Positions 1 through 31,100 of a stretch of DNA of 64,000 nt are shown here, one piece after another. How positions within the stretch are numbered: the first letter of the stretch is position 1; each line of letters begins with the position of its first letter. A program made the position numbers and the translations under genes. Source of the stretch: Tubiluchus corallicola (lineage: Eukaryota; Animalia; Priapulida). The notes below the pieces were generated by a model. The model was not told the DNA's origin and did no database searches. It was given only the letters and a program-made list of their open reading frames with translations. The DNA lies in assembly GCA_030141605.1 (NCBI GenBank), contig JAQGDQ010000053.1, forward strand, positions 310,001 to 374,000. Reading direction: 5' to 3'.

Positions 1-685
1 GATGTTAGATGCCAATTACTTTAGTGAATAAAAACATGTTTTAATCATTATAATATGTTATTTTATCAATATTTTGTTAATAATAACATAACTGACACAT
101 TATATGTAACTTAAGAACAGCATGCTCTTTTAATAGGATTACAAAAATAATGAATTCACTCTTCTGTGCAATAATTTGGCAAAAACTACCAGCAAAGTCA
201 GACAAAATCTCAAAATAAAAATCTTTTATTAAGTTAAGACTGTCATAATACTGAAAATCTGCACAATTTAACATTTGAGAAGCTTAATCGGATGCAATTT
301 TTCATTATTATTACAGCTACACGGAATTAAATTTTTAAAACCACCTGCATTTAATGGGCAAGCTGTAACACAAAAACTCAGTAACTCAATCCAATATCTT
401 TTACACTCTCTTTTCATGCATCCTTCAACATATGACTGCAAATCCGACAATATAGCATCAGCTGATTAACAAACAATATTTTACATATCCAATCAGAAGC
501 ATAAAAATTTCATGATTGCAATATTATTTCAGAATGTTTTAGATAGAGCTAAACATAATGTAAAAAAAAGAGATGATAAACGAAACTCTAGAAATTTTCT
601 GTATTGTTCAACAGAAAGCAGCAATTTTTGTGTCATCTGAAACAAACTGAATCAACATATATCTACCAATAACACTGTCACTTAC

Positions 686-18707
<18,022 letters not shown>

Positions 18708-18709
18708 TT

Positions 18710-19180
18710 TTGTGCGCAAAGTAGTTTTCAAAATAATTGCTTTACTTTTGGCCTATTTTCCTCTAACTCTCCCAAACGTACGCCATTTTCGTTATAATTA
18801 GAAATCTGCTGGCGGATTAATACAGTACCGCCATGACTGGCGTTGTTCGACGGAAGATCGTTGCTGTTCAGTTGAAATAGTTCGATTGTTTTTTTCTAAT
18901 AGTTGCAGCATCCAATATTTAACAGAGTTTTACTTTTAAATGAGAAAATAGTTGATTAGCTAACATGCAATAATTTAGCGTTTTTAGATGACATCTTTGC
19001 AAAAACGCCAGTTATATTATTATATTCTCGCCTCGCCTTCTGGCATAGGAAATAAGGAACCTCAAAGTAGCGAAAGTACAGCATGCACTAAGCATGAATT
19101 TTTCGGAAATAAAAATGTTAGAAAAATCGTTAAATTTCTGATGTTTAACTAGCAGAAAAGTCAGAAGACGACCTCACGTG
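18710..19180. promoter_or_regulatory. Putative bidirectional promoter / first non-coding exon between BRWD (minus) and the plus-strand ZDHHC3/DHDDS unit
   Basis: Locally CpG-enriched relative to the AT-rich background. YY1-like CGCCATTTT at 18781; palindromic CTCACGTGAG at 19173-19182, which is also a consensus donor CAC|GTGAGT at 19177/19178. The TSS is not demonstrable from sequence. Confidence 0.5.
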
Positions 19181-19399
19181 AGTTACTTTGCGATGTTTAC
19201 TAGTCGATCAAGACTAAATATGGAACATATTTCTTGTTAACATTGATTGGATTGATCCTTAACACTTTGAAGATTTTGAAAATACCATGTGAGCTTGTTT
19301 TTTTAGAATGGCAGCAGATATCATGTAATTTTTATGCTAATCATTCTAACATTTCTAAGTGCGGATAAATTGATTACGGTATCCAACATTGGGGATTTT

Positions 19400-19810
19400 G
19401 CCTTAAAACCATCATCATCCAATGAATCATACGTCCAGGGACATGATTCTGCTCACCTATGCCACGACTCCCTGCCGCCGCAAGTACGTTTATTTCTGAG
19501 GATCAATGCTAAGTGTTTAAATCTTTCTGTGCAAAATTTAAATATGTTAACATTTGTCCTCCTGCAGGTTTTTTTAGCTGGTTCTATGGCTTGTTGAAGA
19601 CCTATCTTCACTGGAATATCATCAGGTAGTCTAAGCATATGCCCAATCCATCTTAAACAGCGTCTTTTTATTTTTCTTGTCCAAGGTTCTTTTATTTTTT
19701 TTCATACTTGGTAATGCATTACATGGGTTTACTATGCTATTCCTAAAAATAAAAAAACGCACTCTTTGTGCTTTACTGGATTTGCTATTGGTTAGCTTGA
19801 AACCTTGGTC
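19400..19810 (-). mobile_element. Short decayed 3' fragments of non-LTR retrotransposons
   Basis: Minus-strand peptides LRLPDDIPVKIGLQ (RTE-like post-RT region) and FFIFRNSIVNPCNALP (resembles the CR1-type FFxxRVVNxWNxLP C-terminus). Confidence 0.45.
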
Positions 19811-20389
19811 TATTGTGGTAGGTCGCTGAACGTCTCCAGTCCATGCTTGCTTGCCTGCTTGAATATATTTGCTATATTTATGATGAAATTTGCTTTTTTT
19901 TAAACCGTCACATTTAAAATTTAATTGCAGTTTTTTTTGGTTGCTTTTCATTTAATAGCTGCATTTATAAATTGACTGCATTGCTTGCTTTTTGTGTATA
20001 TTTGTCACATTATGATTACTGATTGCTTTTGTTCATTTATTACATTTAAGACTTTCTGCACAAATTTTCTTCCTTTTGTTTTTTTTGTTGTGCATTCATG
20101 ATTTAACTATATTTTTATTCATATGCTGCATTTTAGTTCATTCACTGAATTTATGATTTAACCACATTGCTTGCTTTTTTGTTGTTGCATTCATGACTTA
20201 ACTGCATCTTGTTCAGTTGTTGTTTTAATATTTAACTGCATTATTTGCTTACTTTTTTTCCATTGGTATAATTATAATATAACTGCTTTGCATTTTGTTT
20301 ATTTGCTACACTTAAGATCCAACTACGTATTATTCACTTAACCATGTTAACCATGTTAAGTAACCGTGCTTTATACTATTCCTAAGTTA

Positions 20390-20520
20390 TATAGGGATGG
20401 CTGACTCGATGACCTTCTGGTGTTTCGCCACCCCATCTCTACACACTTTACATAATTTGTTGTATTTGCGGTATAAATATTATATTAGAGATAAATAAAC
20501 CTTTTGAATTGAATTGAATC
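20390..20520 (+). mobile_element. 3' terminus of a LINE/SINE (stem-loop + AATAAA + (TGAAT)n tail)
   Basis: GGGATGGC...GATGACCTTCTGGT...GCCACCCC hairpin followed by ATAAATAAA and TTGAATTGAATTGAAT. It resembles the 3' end of the LINE at 48618-48746. Confidence 0.55.
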
Positions 20521-20619
20521 ATAAAAACTGAGCTATAATAACCAACTGTTAACTTACAGCTTACATCATGGATAGGGGTTAAGCATAAATGACCGCTTTT
20601 TACCTTTCCGATCTTCTCT

Positions 20620-23600
20620 GGATGTTTTATTTATTTTAACTTTTCTAGTATGTGGTGGCGCTAACGATACGATCCGGTTCTCTCAAAATCCAAGCGTCTT
20701 GTTGCCATTGCGGAAGTCTAGGATCAATGTATTTCTCTGGGTGATTAGCTCAGAGCCGATCTAATAGAGATTTAAATTGAGAAACTGAAGAAGCACTCAC
20801 TACATATTCAGGAAGCTTGTTCCAGGCATTTACAACATGAGCTGCAAAGAAATTATGTGTTCTTCCCCATTTTGAAACAGATTTCTTGTTGCTTTTTAGT
20901 GAATGTCCTCTTGTCCTGTCTGGAGTTCAAATATTTTGTTACTGTCTATCCGGTTAATGCCCTTAAGGATCCTAAAGATCATTAATGAATATTGTGAATA
21001 AAACTGGTCCTAGAATACTTCCATGTGGAGTACCACTTGAGAATAATCTGCATTCTAATTTGTGACTGTTTACTACCACGCTTTGCATTCTTCCGTACAG
21101 GAACCTACGAATCCATTTTAGTAAATGACCGTCAATGCCATATATATACTTGAAGTTTACATAAAAGCCTCTAATGTGGGAAACTATCGAACGCCTTCAG
21201 GAAATCGTGGTATATCACATCCACCATTCCACTTGTATCCAAGATTTCCAGGAAATCTTCTACAGTTTCTAAGGGATTAGTGACACATGATTTTCCTGTT
21301 CTGATGTTGGTTGTCCTGTTCAGAACATCCTGTTCTAATGTTGGTTGTCAGAAATTAAATTATTTTCTTTTAAGTGATCGACAATTTTGTCTCGTAAAAT
21401 AGCCTCTACAATTTTGCAATCAACTTAAGTTAAACTAATAGGTCTATAGCTTTTTGCTTTGTCCCTATCTCCTTTTTTGAAGATTGCTGTGACATACACA
21501 GTCTTTCAACTTGTTGGAATATTTCCTTCTTCTACTCTTTTATTCATGATATACAGATGAGGTTCTGTCTACAGAAGAGACATTTTTGTTGGCTACTAAA
21601 ACACTTGCATGAATGTCATCAGGACCCATAGATTAGTTCATAGGGATATAATTTTCTTGAATAATTCGTCATATGTTATATGCTTTATGTCAAGTTTGAC
21701 ATTAGTTCTCTATGTAAATATCGGGATGTGTGTTAAATCTTCATTGATGTAAACCGACGTGATGTAGTCTTGCAGAGTATTCGCTTTATCAGCATTGTTG
21801 AAAGCAACACTACCGTCTTCCCATTTTAGCGGGTGTACAAGTTCCTTCTTCATCATATTAGAGTTAATATGACCAAAAAGCTTTTGGGTTTTTTGTGGCA
21901 ATTTTTGTGGCATTATAAATTGCACAGTTGCATTATTCCTAGCAATGGTATATGTAACATAATTGTTCAATGAATTTTGCCTGTCATACCTTCTCCATGC
22001 GGCCTTCTTTTCCTTTACTTTATGTCGCACTTCTTCGTTGAATCGTCTAAGTTTAAGTACCTTAGCGGTTTTTTGTTTGGGTATATGTTTGTTTGAAATA
22101 GACTGGATGACTTCCTTAAATTCTGCACAGCATCTACTGGCATCCTTCCCTGCGAAAATGGAATCCCAATTTACTATCTCCGGTTCGTAGGTAATTGCAT
22201 GTTTGTTTGCCTTGTAAAAATTAAATTTTCTTAAATTAGTAGATATCCTTCATTTCTCGGTGAATATTAACTGAATATTTACTTAATGGTGGCAGTGACT
22301 GCAGATCACTAATCATCTCATCATTGACAATCAGTAGGTCAGTTAGTGTTGGTTTTTACCCAGCTCTATGTCTTGTTGGAAATTTTGTTAGGTGATCCAA
22401 ATAGTTATCTCTTAGTGTGTTTAAAAAATGAGTTTCCATGCTAACTTCTGATGTAGTGGTTGACGAGATATCCCAGTTGATATTACTTAAATTAAAATCC
22501 CTGCATATAACTTTGTATTTAGTGCTGAAACTATTTAATTCTTTTAGTAATTTCAACAGATTTACATTGTCTGCGCAGGATGAAGATGGGCTGCAATAAA
22601 CACCACCAAATAGCAAATTAACTCCTCTTGTTAGACTCAATTCAACCCAGATAGAGGAGTTGAAAATATGTGCCGGTGATTTTACTTCTATGAAATCTTC
22701 TATTTAAATTGTAAAATAAATTATCTTCATGTAAACTGAACTCAGGCTTCTGCAATGTATATGTTGCATTTTTTGGATTTATCTTTGATTAAAAAAACTA
22801 AATCAGGTTGCAATTCACACACAATAACTTTAATTTCACTAAACTTATTAGTAATGCAGTCCACATTTGTGAAGACCACTTTTAAATGTTTATCAGCAAA
22901 ATTAGAAGGTAGAACATATTCACAAATATTTACATTATTTACAATTGATTTCTGAGTCTCTGAATGTCAGTTTTTGCTGGGCGATCCCACATCAGCTGCA
23001 GTTTTTAGTCTGTTAAGTGGTGGTGTCACAAATTTATCCAGTAGGCTTGTCTTTAGTCTTTTTAGCTTTGTTATTTCATCAACTGCAGCAGTAACTGCAG
23101 ATGGTGAAGCAGTAGTTACACGAACTTCATCGTTACCTAGGATGTTACTAGACGCGTTGCTACTATTCACTACAGAATCAATTTCTTTGGCACAGGGTGA
23201 CAGGGTGAGAGTATGACTGTTTTCTTCGATGACTTTAATAATATTCTTTTCTATCTTAATTCTTTCGCCTTTCTTTGAACTCCTTGACAAGCTTTATATT
23301 TTCCTGTCTTTCTCTCCATGTCAGATCCGTATTGATGAAAATGTTTCTGCAGTTGGCATTACTACGCAGTACTCCAGCTTCTTTGAGAACTTGCCATTTC
23401 TGGCCTGGGTGACGTAATTTTAGTTTGATGGGTGCCATAAGAGAACTTTTAATTGTTGTAATCTCTGAGACTTCTAGAACTTGCTAGAACTTGAACGTTG
23501 ACTGCTAAATTATTTTTTATCCAGTTTTCGAACCAGACTTCATCATGATTTTCTCTCTTCATGCCATGAATTTTTATGTTGCTTTTCCTACGTTTCTTAG

Positions 23601-24200
23601 CTTGGGTCTCCTGCCAATCAGTAAATAATTCATCTCTTTCATGTGGGAATAGAGTTTTTTCTCTGTCCTGTTTCTCCTAATGAAATGGAACATTAAATCT
23701 ACATTTTTCTTATGAGAATCCAACCCTTTTTCTGTTAATTCCCCAGCATCCTTGATTTTCTCCTCAATGGCTTTGTCATCTATGACTGTTCTGTTACTAT
23801 TCTTCTAGTTTGGCTACTCTCTGTTCGATTTTAGCAAGATTATCAACTTTCGCACAAAAGGCACCTATCTTAGCAAAAATAAGTAATGCAAAATCTCCAG
23901 TTTGAACCATTGGTCCAATGAAATCTACCTTTCCCGAACAATGTGGGCAAAGCCATTTAATTGAATTCAAGTTTTTATTCGCCCAAAGAATTTGGAATCC
24001 GCTTTACTTAAATTCCCACATTTGTGGTGCCACCATGAGCTACATGCCGAATTGACGTCAAACATATTGGTCTATCGCTCTGCCTCCTTTGTGATGTAAG
24101 CACGCTCAGCAGGACAACAGCTCATGCTGGACAACAACTGTCTAAACTAAACTAAACATCACTACAATCACAACTTATGTCTAATCAGCACATAAACTGA
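20620..24200 (-). mobile_element. Decayed near-full-length CR1-group LINE (PHD-containing ORF1, APE endonuclease, RT)
   Basis: Broken minus-strand frames: PHD remnant near 24050-23940 (CSSWWHHKCG...KWLCPHC); ORF1 C-terminal IFINTDLTWRERQE; endonuclease GVYCSPSS...DFNLSNINW...FPTRHRAG; KANTLQDYITSVY; RT remnants SSGTPHGSILGPV; C-terminal HVVNAWNKLPEYVV. Many stops and frameshifts; ends approximate. Confidence 0.85.
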
Positions 24201-25849
24201 TTGCACTTTTTCATAAACACAAATATGCAGAACAGCAGCTATTTTTACACGAAATTAACACTTTAAGTATCCAAAAACATGACTTTTCAATTTAGACAGA
24301 ATGTGGGGACGAAGTTTCAAAGCATTACAAAATACAGAGACATAAGTATAAAAAAGCAACTAAGCCAGTTAGCCTTGCTTTACAATTAATGAGCAGCAAA
24401 AATATTATGTCTCTTTTGATGTATTGAACATATGAACGTCATGCTTGTGATGTATTTTTTCTGTATTAATTGATCATGCGCTCGTCTTTTGTATTTTCTG
24501 TTTGTTAGGCTACGGAAATGGAATAAATTTGATTGTTCCATTCCATAGACGACCCTTATATTGAATGCCCAAGTTACATAAGTCCCAATAGCATCTTTTA
24601 ACCATGATTATAACCAGAAAAATAGCGTAAAGTTAACTAATTTTACATTGATGTATGATGTAAGTTTTTACCACATTTAAATTAATTTTGATTGTGAAGA
24701 TCTCATTTTGGTTTATAAGAACTAGCCAGAATAGAAAACATTTTGTTTTGTCCTTATTTAAAGTTAATCAAATAGTTGTTTTTATCTAACTTGCAAAGCC
24801 ATATACTAAATTAAACTGTGTATATTCTTTATTGCAAAATGGTTTAAATCAGCAACTCACAGAGGTAAGCGTTGTGCATTCTTTCCTATAAACGAAACTA
24901 GACTATAGATTTCCACTAATTCACTTACAATTTCAACTGACAATAACAAAATCTAGAACCAGGCCAATTTTTCACCCGCTAACTAATGAGAAGTTCAGTA
25001 TTTTTCATAAGAATATTAGACACAGCTGTGGCTAGATGTTCCGAATGTACCTGCGTTAATTAAGCTCTGCAGGGGTGTGTGAAATAACTTGCATGCTGAT
25101 TGGGCAGTCAACGAAAATGATTGACATTATGTCAGACGTCAATTAGAGCATTGAATCAAGACCTATTAACGACAACCATTGTCCCCTTATATTTATTACA
25201 ACTAAAATAAGTAAAAAAGAAAAACATTTTTAGTAATGGCTAGTTCTTTTAAGTAGCTTTACCACTGCTTGCAGTGCTCAGACAGTATAAAACATACTAT
25301 TCGTCTTGCTTACTCTGGTCATTTTTCATTGGTACTATTCATCGTACCTTTTTATCGACTGCAAGTTAGAGAAATTAGTTTGCTTACTCGCGATTTGATT
25401 GGAATAATTTATTGTGCGCCTCATTAGGCTCATTTTTATAGTGATTAATTGTGAAGCCTTTCTACAAGCATAAAGTACTGGACAAGATGCCACGTATATT
25501 ATGATTTTATTTAATTGCATTTTAAAAATTGTTACATGCAGTTTATGTTTGACATGTATGCAGTTATACTTAGTAATTGTCTCAGCCATAATAATGCATC
25601 TTCATACTTCAGTGCCGGAGTGTTGAATTATGTACTCTGTGACTACATAACATGTTCATGCATGAAAAGATATTTTTAATTTTGTTTTAAATTTTTGCTG
25701 TTTGGCGGGAAATCTATTGAACCGTGTACACTATTTTATTTAAAGTAAAATTGTTATTTTGTAATTGTAGGGCACATTGTTCAACACTCACCAATATACA
25801 GCTGAAGTTGCTCACCCTGTGCTAAAATGAAGAACCTCAAGTCCTCATC

Positions 25850-26728
25850 ATGATTAGATCATCGGTATCGCGAAATCAAAACCAACTTCCTCTAGTATCC
25901 GAGGACCACAACTTATGCATACGTGGCCAGTATTGGTGTGTCAAAGATATTTGTGGCATCATATGTGTAGTGTTTACGTATGGGCTAGTTGCTTATGCTG
26001 AGTTTGTAGTCTTATTTGTGATGCTTATTCCAGGCCCAAGACCTGTCTGGAGTTGGGTTAATGGGATTATTTTCAACATCTTCACATTTCTAGCTGTAGC
26101 TTCTCACGCGAAGACCATGTTGACTGATCCTGGTGCTGTGCCTACAGGAAATGCCACCCAATCTACCATAGAAAAAATGGGTTTAAGAGCTGGTGAAGTG
26201 GTATTCAAGTGTCCAAAGTGTTGTAGCATTAAACCAGAACGTGCCCACCACTGCAGTGTGTGTCAGCGTTGTATTCGCCGCATGGACCATCATTGTCCCT
26301 GGGTAAACAATTGTGTTGGAGAAAACAATCAAAAATTCTTTGTTTTATTTACACTTTATATATGCATAATATCGCTGCATGCTATTGCAATGGTTGTGTA
26401 TCAGTTTATGCTGTGTGTTAATGTGGACTGGAAGGAATGTAGCGGTGCCTCACCTCCTGCTACTGCAGTCTTTCTCATATTCCTAGTGCTTGAAGGTTTG
26501 TTGTTTGCTTTATTCACAGCAATAATGTTTGGAACTCAGTTGCAAGCTATATGCACAGATGAAACAACAATTGAGTCATTAAAGAGAGAGCAAGCAACTT
26601 GGGAACGCAAGTCGTACTGGATTAGTTTGAAAGAAGTTTTTGGCCATCCATTTTCCGTTACCTGGTTTAGTCCCTTTCATGAACCAAATCGACTGGGAAA
26701 ACAGCAACCATACCAATATGCAGTTTGA
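25850..26728 (+). CDS. ZDHHC3: DHHC palmitoyltransferase ZDHHC3/ZDHHC7-like, 292 aa, single coding exon
   Basis: Intact ORF with the cysteine-rich domain [44 protein letters not shown], a TDPG motif, four hydrophobic TM segments, DETTIE, and C-terminal PYQYAV resembling vertebrate ZDHHC3/7. A 5'UTR acceptor TTGTAG| lies at 25770. Confidence 0.96.
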   Translation: MIRSSVSRNQNQLPLVSEDHNLCIRGQYWCVKDICGIICVVFTYGLVAYAEFVVLFVMLIPGPRPVWSWVNGIIFNIFTFLAVASHAKTMLTDPGAVPTGNATQSTIEKMGLRAGEVVFKCPKCCSIKPERAHHCSVCQRCIRRMDHHCPWVNNCVGENNQKFFVLFTLYICIISLHAIAMVVYQFMLCVNVDWKECSGASPPATAVFLIFLVLEGLLFALFTAIMFGTQLQAICTDETTIESLKREQATWERKSYWISLKEVFGHPFSVTWFSPFHEPNRLGKQQPYQYAV

Positions 26729-28174
26729 GTATTCTGAAACTTTTATAAATAGTAAGAACAAAACATGTAAATTCGAAGTTTCTCTTGAAATCTTTGAACA
26801 GTTACAATAGATAATCTTTGAGTGGCATTAATTATAAAAATTTGTTTAATAACATTCTGTCATATGTGTTCATGTTATACACTGAAAATGTAAAAGATTA
26901 GCTTTCCAAATAAATTTTTTACTGAAACAAGCCTGTTAATTTTGATGAAACTAAGTTGAATACTACTTATTAGGTACGCTTGCGATATTGTGCATTGTAT
27001 GATTGAAACTATTTTTTGTACAAATCTGTTGAGCGCAATTTTATATCCTCCTCATAGATGTATTGTTACCTACTATGTATGTCGTATCTTTCAGTTTAAG
27101 TTCAGTTATCTTTCAAAGTTTTCTGCATAAACCACTAACGACATTATTTTTATTTGTGTTGAATTTCTCATTTGTGCTCTTATTAGATGAAGTTAGTACT
27201 AGTATTCTTCTAAGCTGTTAGTACTAGCTCCCTAAAAATGTGTGTATTTTATTAATTTGGAAACAGTTCATTAATCGCAAACATTGCAAAATAACTGGTA
27301 TTTATTAATTTCATGTTTTTTTCTGACAGCATAGCATTATACACCAGTTTAATTGTAGCCTGCATGGGTTTATACAAGATTTGGTCAGTGTTAATTTGTG
27401 AACTTTTGATTTTGATCATACAATTTATAATAACACTGATCAGTGAATGTTACGGTGCTCAGTACCATAGCTTTGTACATAGGCAATTAATATATAGTCC
27501 GTTGCATTGTAAATGCAAAGTTTTATTTTCTTGTGATTGCAAAAATATTTATAACTGTACTGACACTACTCATGTTTTGTTTTAATTAAACTTGTTGGCA
27601 GCAAAAATAATTAGACTGACAAGCATTTTAGTATGTTTAAATACTGTTTTATATACTTAGTGTTAGCTGATTTATACACAATGAAGTACCTGTAATGGGA
27701 GTTATACTTTACAAAAAAACAGTAAAGGTGGTGGCTGCATTTGAATAATAAGGTTTTTCTCCTGTAAATGTAGATTTCTTACTTATCAGATAGTAGCCTC
27801 CCTGATTCTTGGATCTAGTTATTTTCATGTAATATTTAGTGTGCTTATGGTTAACTAGATTGTGTTTCTGAGTTGCGCAAATACTTCCTGTTGTCATAAC
27901 TGGCAATTCACAGTGAATATGAACATATGATTATTCTCTTCTTTATAAAAGTAACTTACCTTATACACTGTATATTCATTGCATAGCTTCTGTTGCAGAA
28001 ATATTGTCAGCCAAGGTGAAAACCAGCAAGCGAAACAAATCATGAATAAGAATAAATGGTGATCATTAACAGTCTTCAGAAACCAGTCTTTAGTCATAAA
28101 TCTGCCATCAGCCATAAAGTCAAGCAATGTTGCTATTAACCTCTTGTCAGTAAATTGTATCTTCTTTTTGCAGA

Positions 28175-31100
28175 ATGTCTTGGTTTAGAGAAGAAAGGAA
28201 TTCAAAGACATGGCTTCAGTTGCTTTGTGCAAAAATACTAAAAACCGGTTCGATTCCTCAGCATGTAGCTTTCATTATGGATGGCAATCGTCGATATGCT
28301 AAAACAAAAAACATCGATAGGATACAAGGACATGTATCTGGGTTTGAAAAACTAACCGAGGTAATTTTACTATTTAACTTTTGCAACGTAGATGAGAAGA
28401 CATAATTGCAAAAAAAGTATTAAAGGAGTCCCGTATCACTGAATCAAACTATCAAATGTTGTTTTTTTTTCTCAAATTGAATTATGCAATCTACAAACCC
28501 TGCAAATCAATGTATTAGCCCATCAAATTGATATTCAAAATCATTGATATTATAATTTTGTATATATAATATTATTACATTATAATTTTGATACCCTTAT
28601 CCGTAATTTAAGTGCTTACTATTTTTTCAGTACGTAGGAAATTTATTAATTAAAACCCATTCCTAATACCAGACTGAGAAGACTTCTGCTTAGGCATTAA
28701 AACAGCATGCTGTTTGTCCAATATTGCTTCTCATGTCATGCACAATATTGTATAACTGTCAGTGATGGGAGTAAACGTAATATCTTCTGAAAAATAGCTC
28801 TAAATTGTGGAACTGTAATTATATTGAGTTACATTTTTTTGAAAGACCAAAAGTTTATTAACTGCACATTAAGTTTATTTACTGTAAATATTGGTGCTTG
28901 CCAATTGTGTTGTTCTTTTAGTACTGCCAATACAGTTGGTTATTGCTAAACAATGCTTCTCAAAGAACTTGGCCGTCACCAAGTTCACATCCTGCAGGTC
29001 AGGGACAGAAACACATGACTTTGTTTTTCTACATGCAGAAATTTCTTTTGTGTGTGTCAGCAGCATGACTTCATTGTAGCATGAACTTTGTGCAGCATAA
29101 CTTTATATTTATAATGTAGACAAGTTTAATGAAGGGCAAGTTCTTAAAAAAATCAGCTTCACATTGTTACTGTGGACAGTATTATACAGTATTATAAACT
29201 TAGTAATTATATCAAATCAAATATAGTCTCATATCATACAAAACACGATAATATCATGTAACAGTTACTTTTTAAAGTAACTGTAACGGTAACTAGTTAT
29301 TTTTCTGCTGATGGAAAAGGAACTGTAACTGTAATAGTTATATTATTAAAGTAACTGTCCCTACACTGCTTGATTCTTGGAAGGTTGTTAAAACATCATT
29401 ATGTGTTTTCGATATAAGAACTAATTTTGGCAAAAAGGTCCTTACTGAAACCAGTTCAATGTGTAAAGTTTAAACAATGAAGCCAGGCAGCCCTATCAAG
29501 GTCAATGATATTGATGATATTAAATGAATATAAAATATGATGAACATTTTGTTCATGTGTAACAAAGAAGCACAAGTAAAAATGACACACATATGACATG
29601 TGCTTCTACATTTCTTTTGAGACTATGTACTACCTTGCAGTTGTTTATAAAGTACCTAGGTACAAGTAGGATATGATCCTATTTATATATAAAAATAACT
29701 TGTTATCTAAAAGCTTTCTACTTTGTGGGCTTGTTCAAATGCGAGTTATGATAGTTTAACTATGTATTTTCTAGATATTAGACTGGTGCAGAGAACTTGG
29801 CATAAATGAAGTCACTGTGTATGCATTTAGTATAGAGAACTTTAAACGGACAGAGGAAGAGGTACAAGGTCTCATGAATCTTGCAACAGAAAAATTTCGC
29901 AGACTTTTGGAAGAAAAGTAAGAAAATTATCTTGTGGTGGGACCTGACCAAATTGTTAGACCTTGCGTGCATAGATAAAGTTAAGGCCTCATATGTTTTA
30001 CAGTACTAAGTCTCCATTATTTAACATATGAAGTAATGTCAAACGTAGGCGAAAATCCGATTGTTCAACTATGCAAAACTTAGGGTTTCTAATTATACCC
30101 AGAACTAGACATAGCCAGAGTATGACACTTGATTTGAATCGACATGAATACTGGTCATGCCGACGTACAAAATTTAATATTTATGGGCCCCGAAGCAATG
30201 TCCCGGCTGCATCCCCCTCTCCTTGGGCCTGGTGACAAGTTGCATACTTGCATTTACTTTTATAATTGAAACTGCCACAAATAAAGCTCATTTAATTTTT
30301 CTTTTACGTGGAAGCCGGATAGTGTAATTAAATGTTGTAATAGAAAATGAACTTGTATGATAGCCTATTGGAAATCTGCAGCACAGTTAAGCTGCAGTAT
30401 AATCAAGTGTACCACAGTGTTTAATTTATTTGGAATTCTTTATGTAGGTAATTCGTTTTCACAGTCATTAAATTTTTAACATTTGCTATTTATTATGTTA
30501 GAGATTTAATAAAGAAGCATGGAGTTTGCATTCGGATACTTGGAAACATTTCCCTTTTACCTCCACAGCTACAACAGTTAGTCGCTGAGATCGTGCTATT
30601 CTCTAAAGATCATGACAGGTATTTCATAGAACTTCTAGATTTGTTACTTAACATTCTTTTACTATAACATACTTTTTCTATACCCGGGTAAACGTTGCAC
30701 TTATTGCTTATTGCTATCTGGTTTTGCAGGTAATGTCCATTTAGTATAATGTTTATGCACACTGCAAATCATCATGTTGACTTTTATACGTGTGTGTGTA
30801 TATATATATTCTTTGTGTAAACCCGTGCAAATGATTGGGCTGATCTGCATCATCTTGTATCATTTCTTGCATACCAATTGAGTTTATTGAGATTTTTCAA
30901 AATTTCTTTTTAGCTTGCAATCTCCAAAGTCACGTCATATGTGCTGTTTTTCACTATCTTGTGTAGGTGTTGCAGACACCGAAAAGAATTCGACATTTCA
31001 CAATTTGCTGCAACAAAGCTCAAAAATGTTCTGCATACTGTTCTGTTACAATAAACACACAATTTACCCTTTAGAGTGACTACTGCATTTTAGCTGTATT

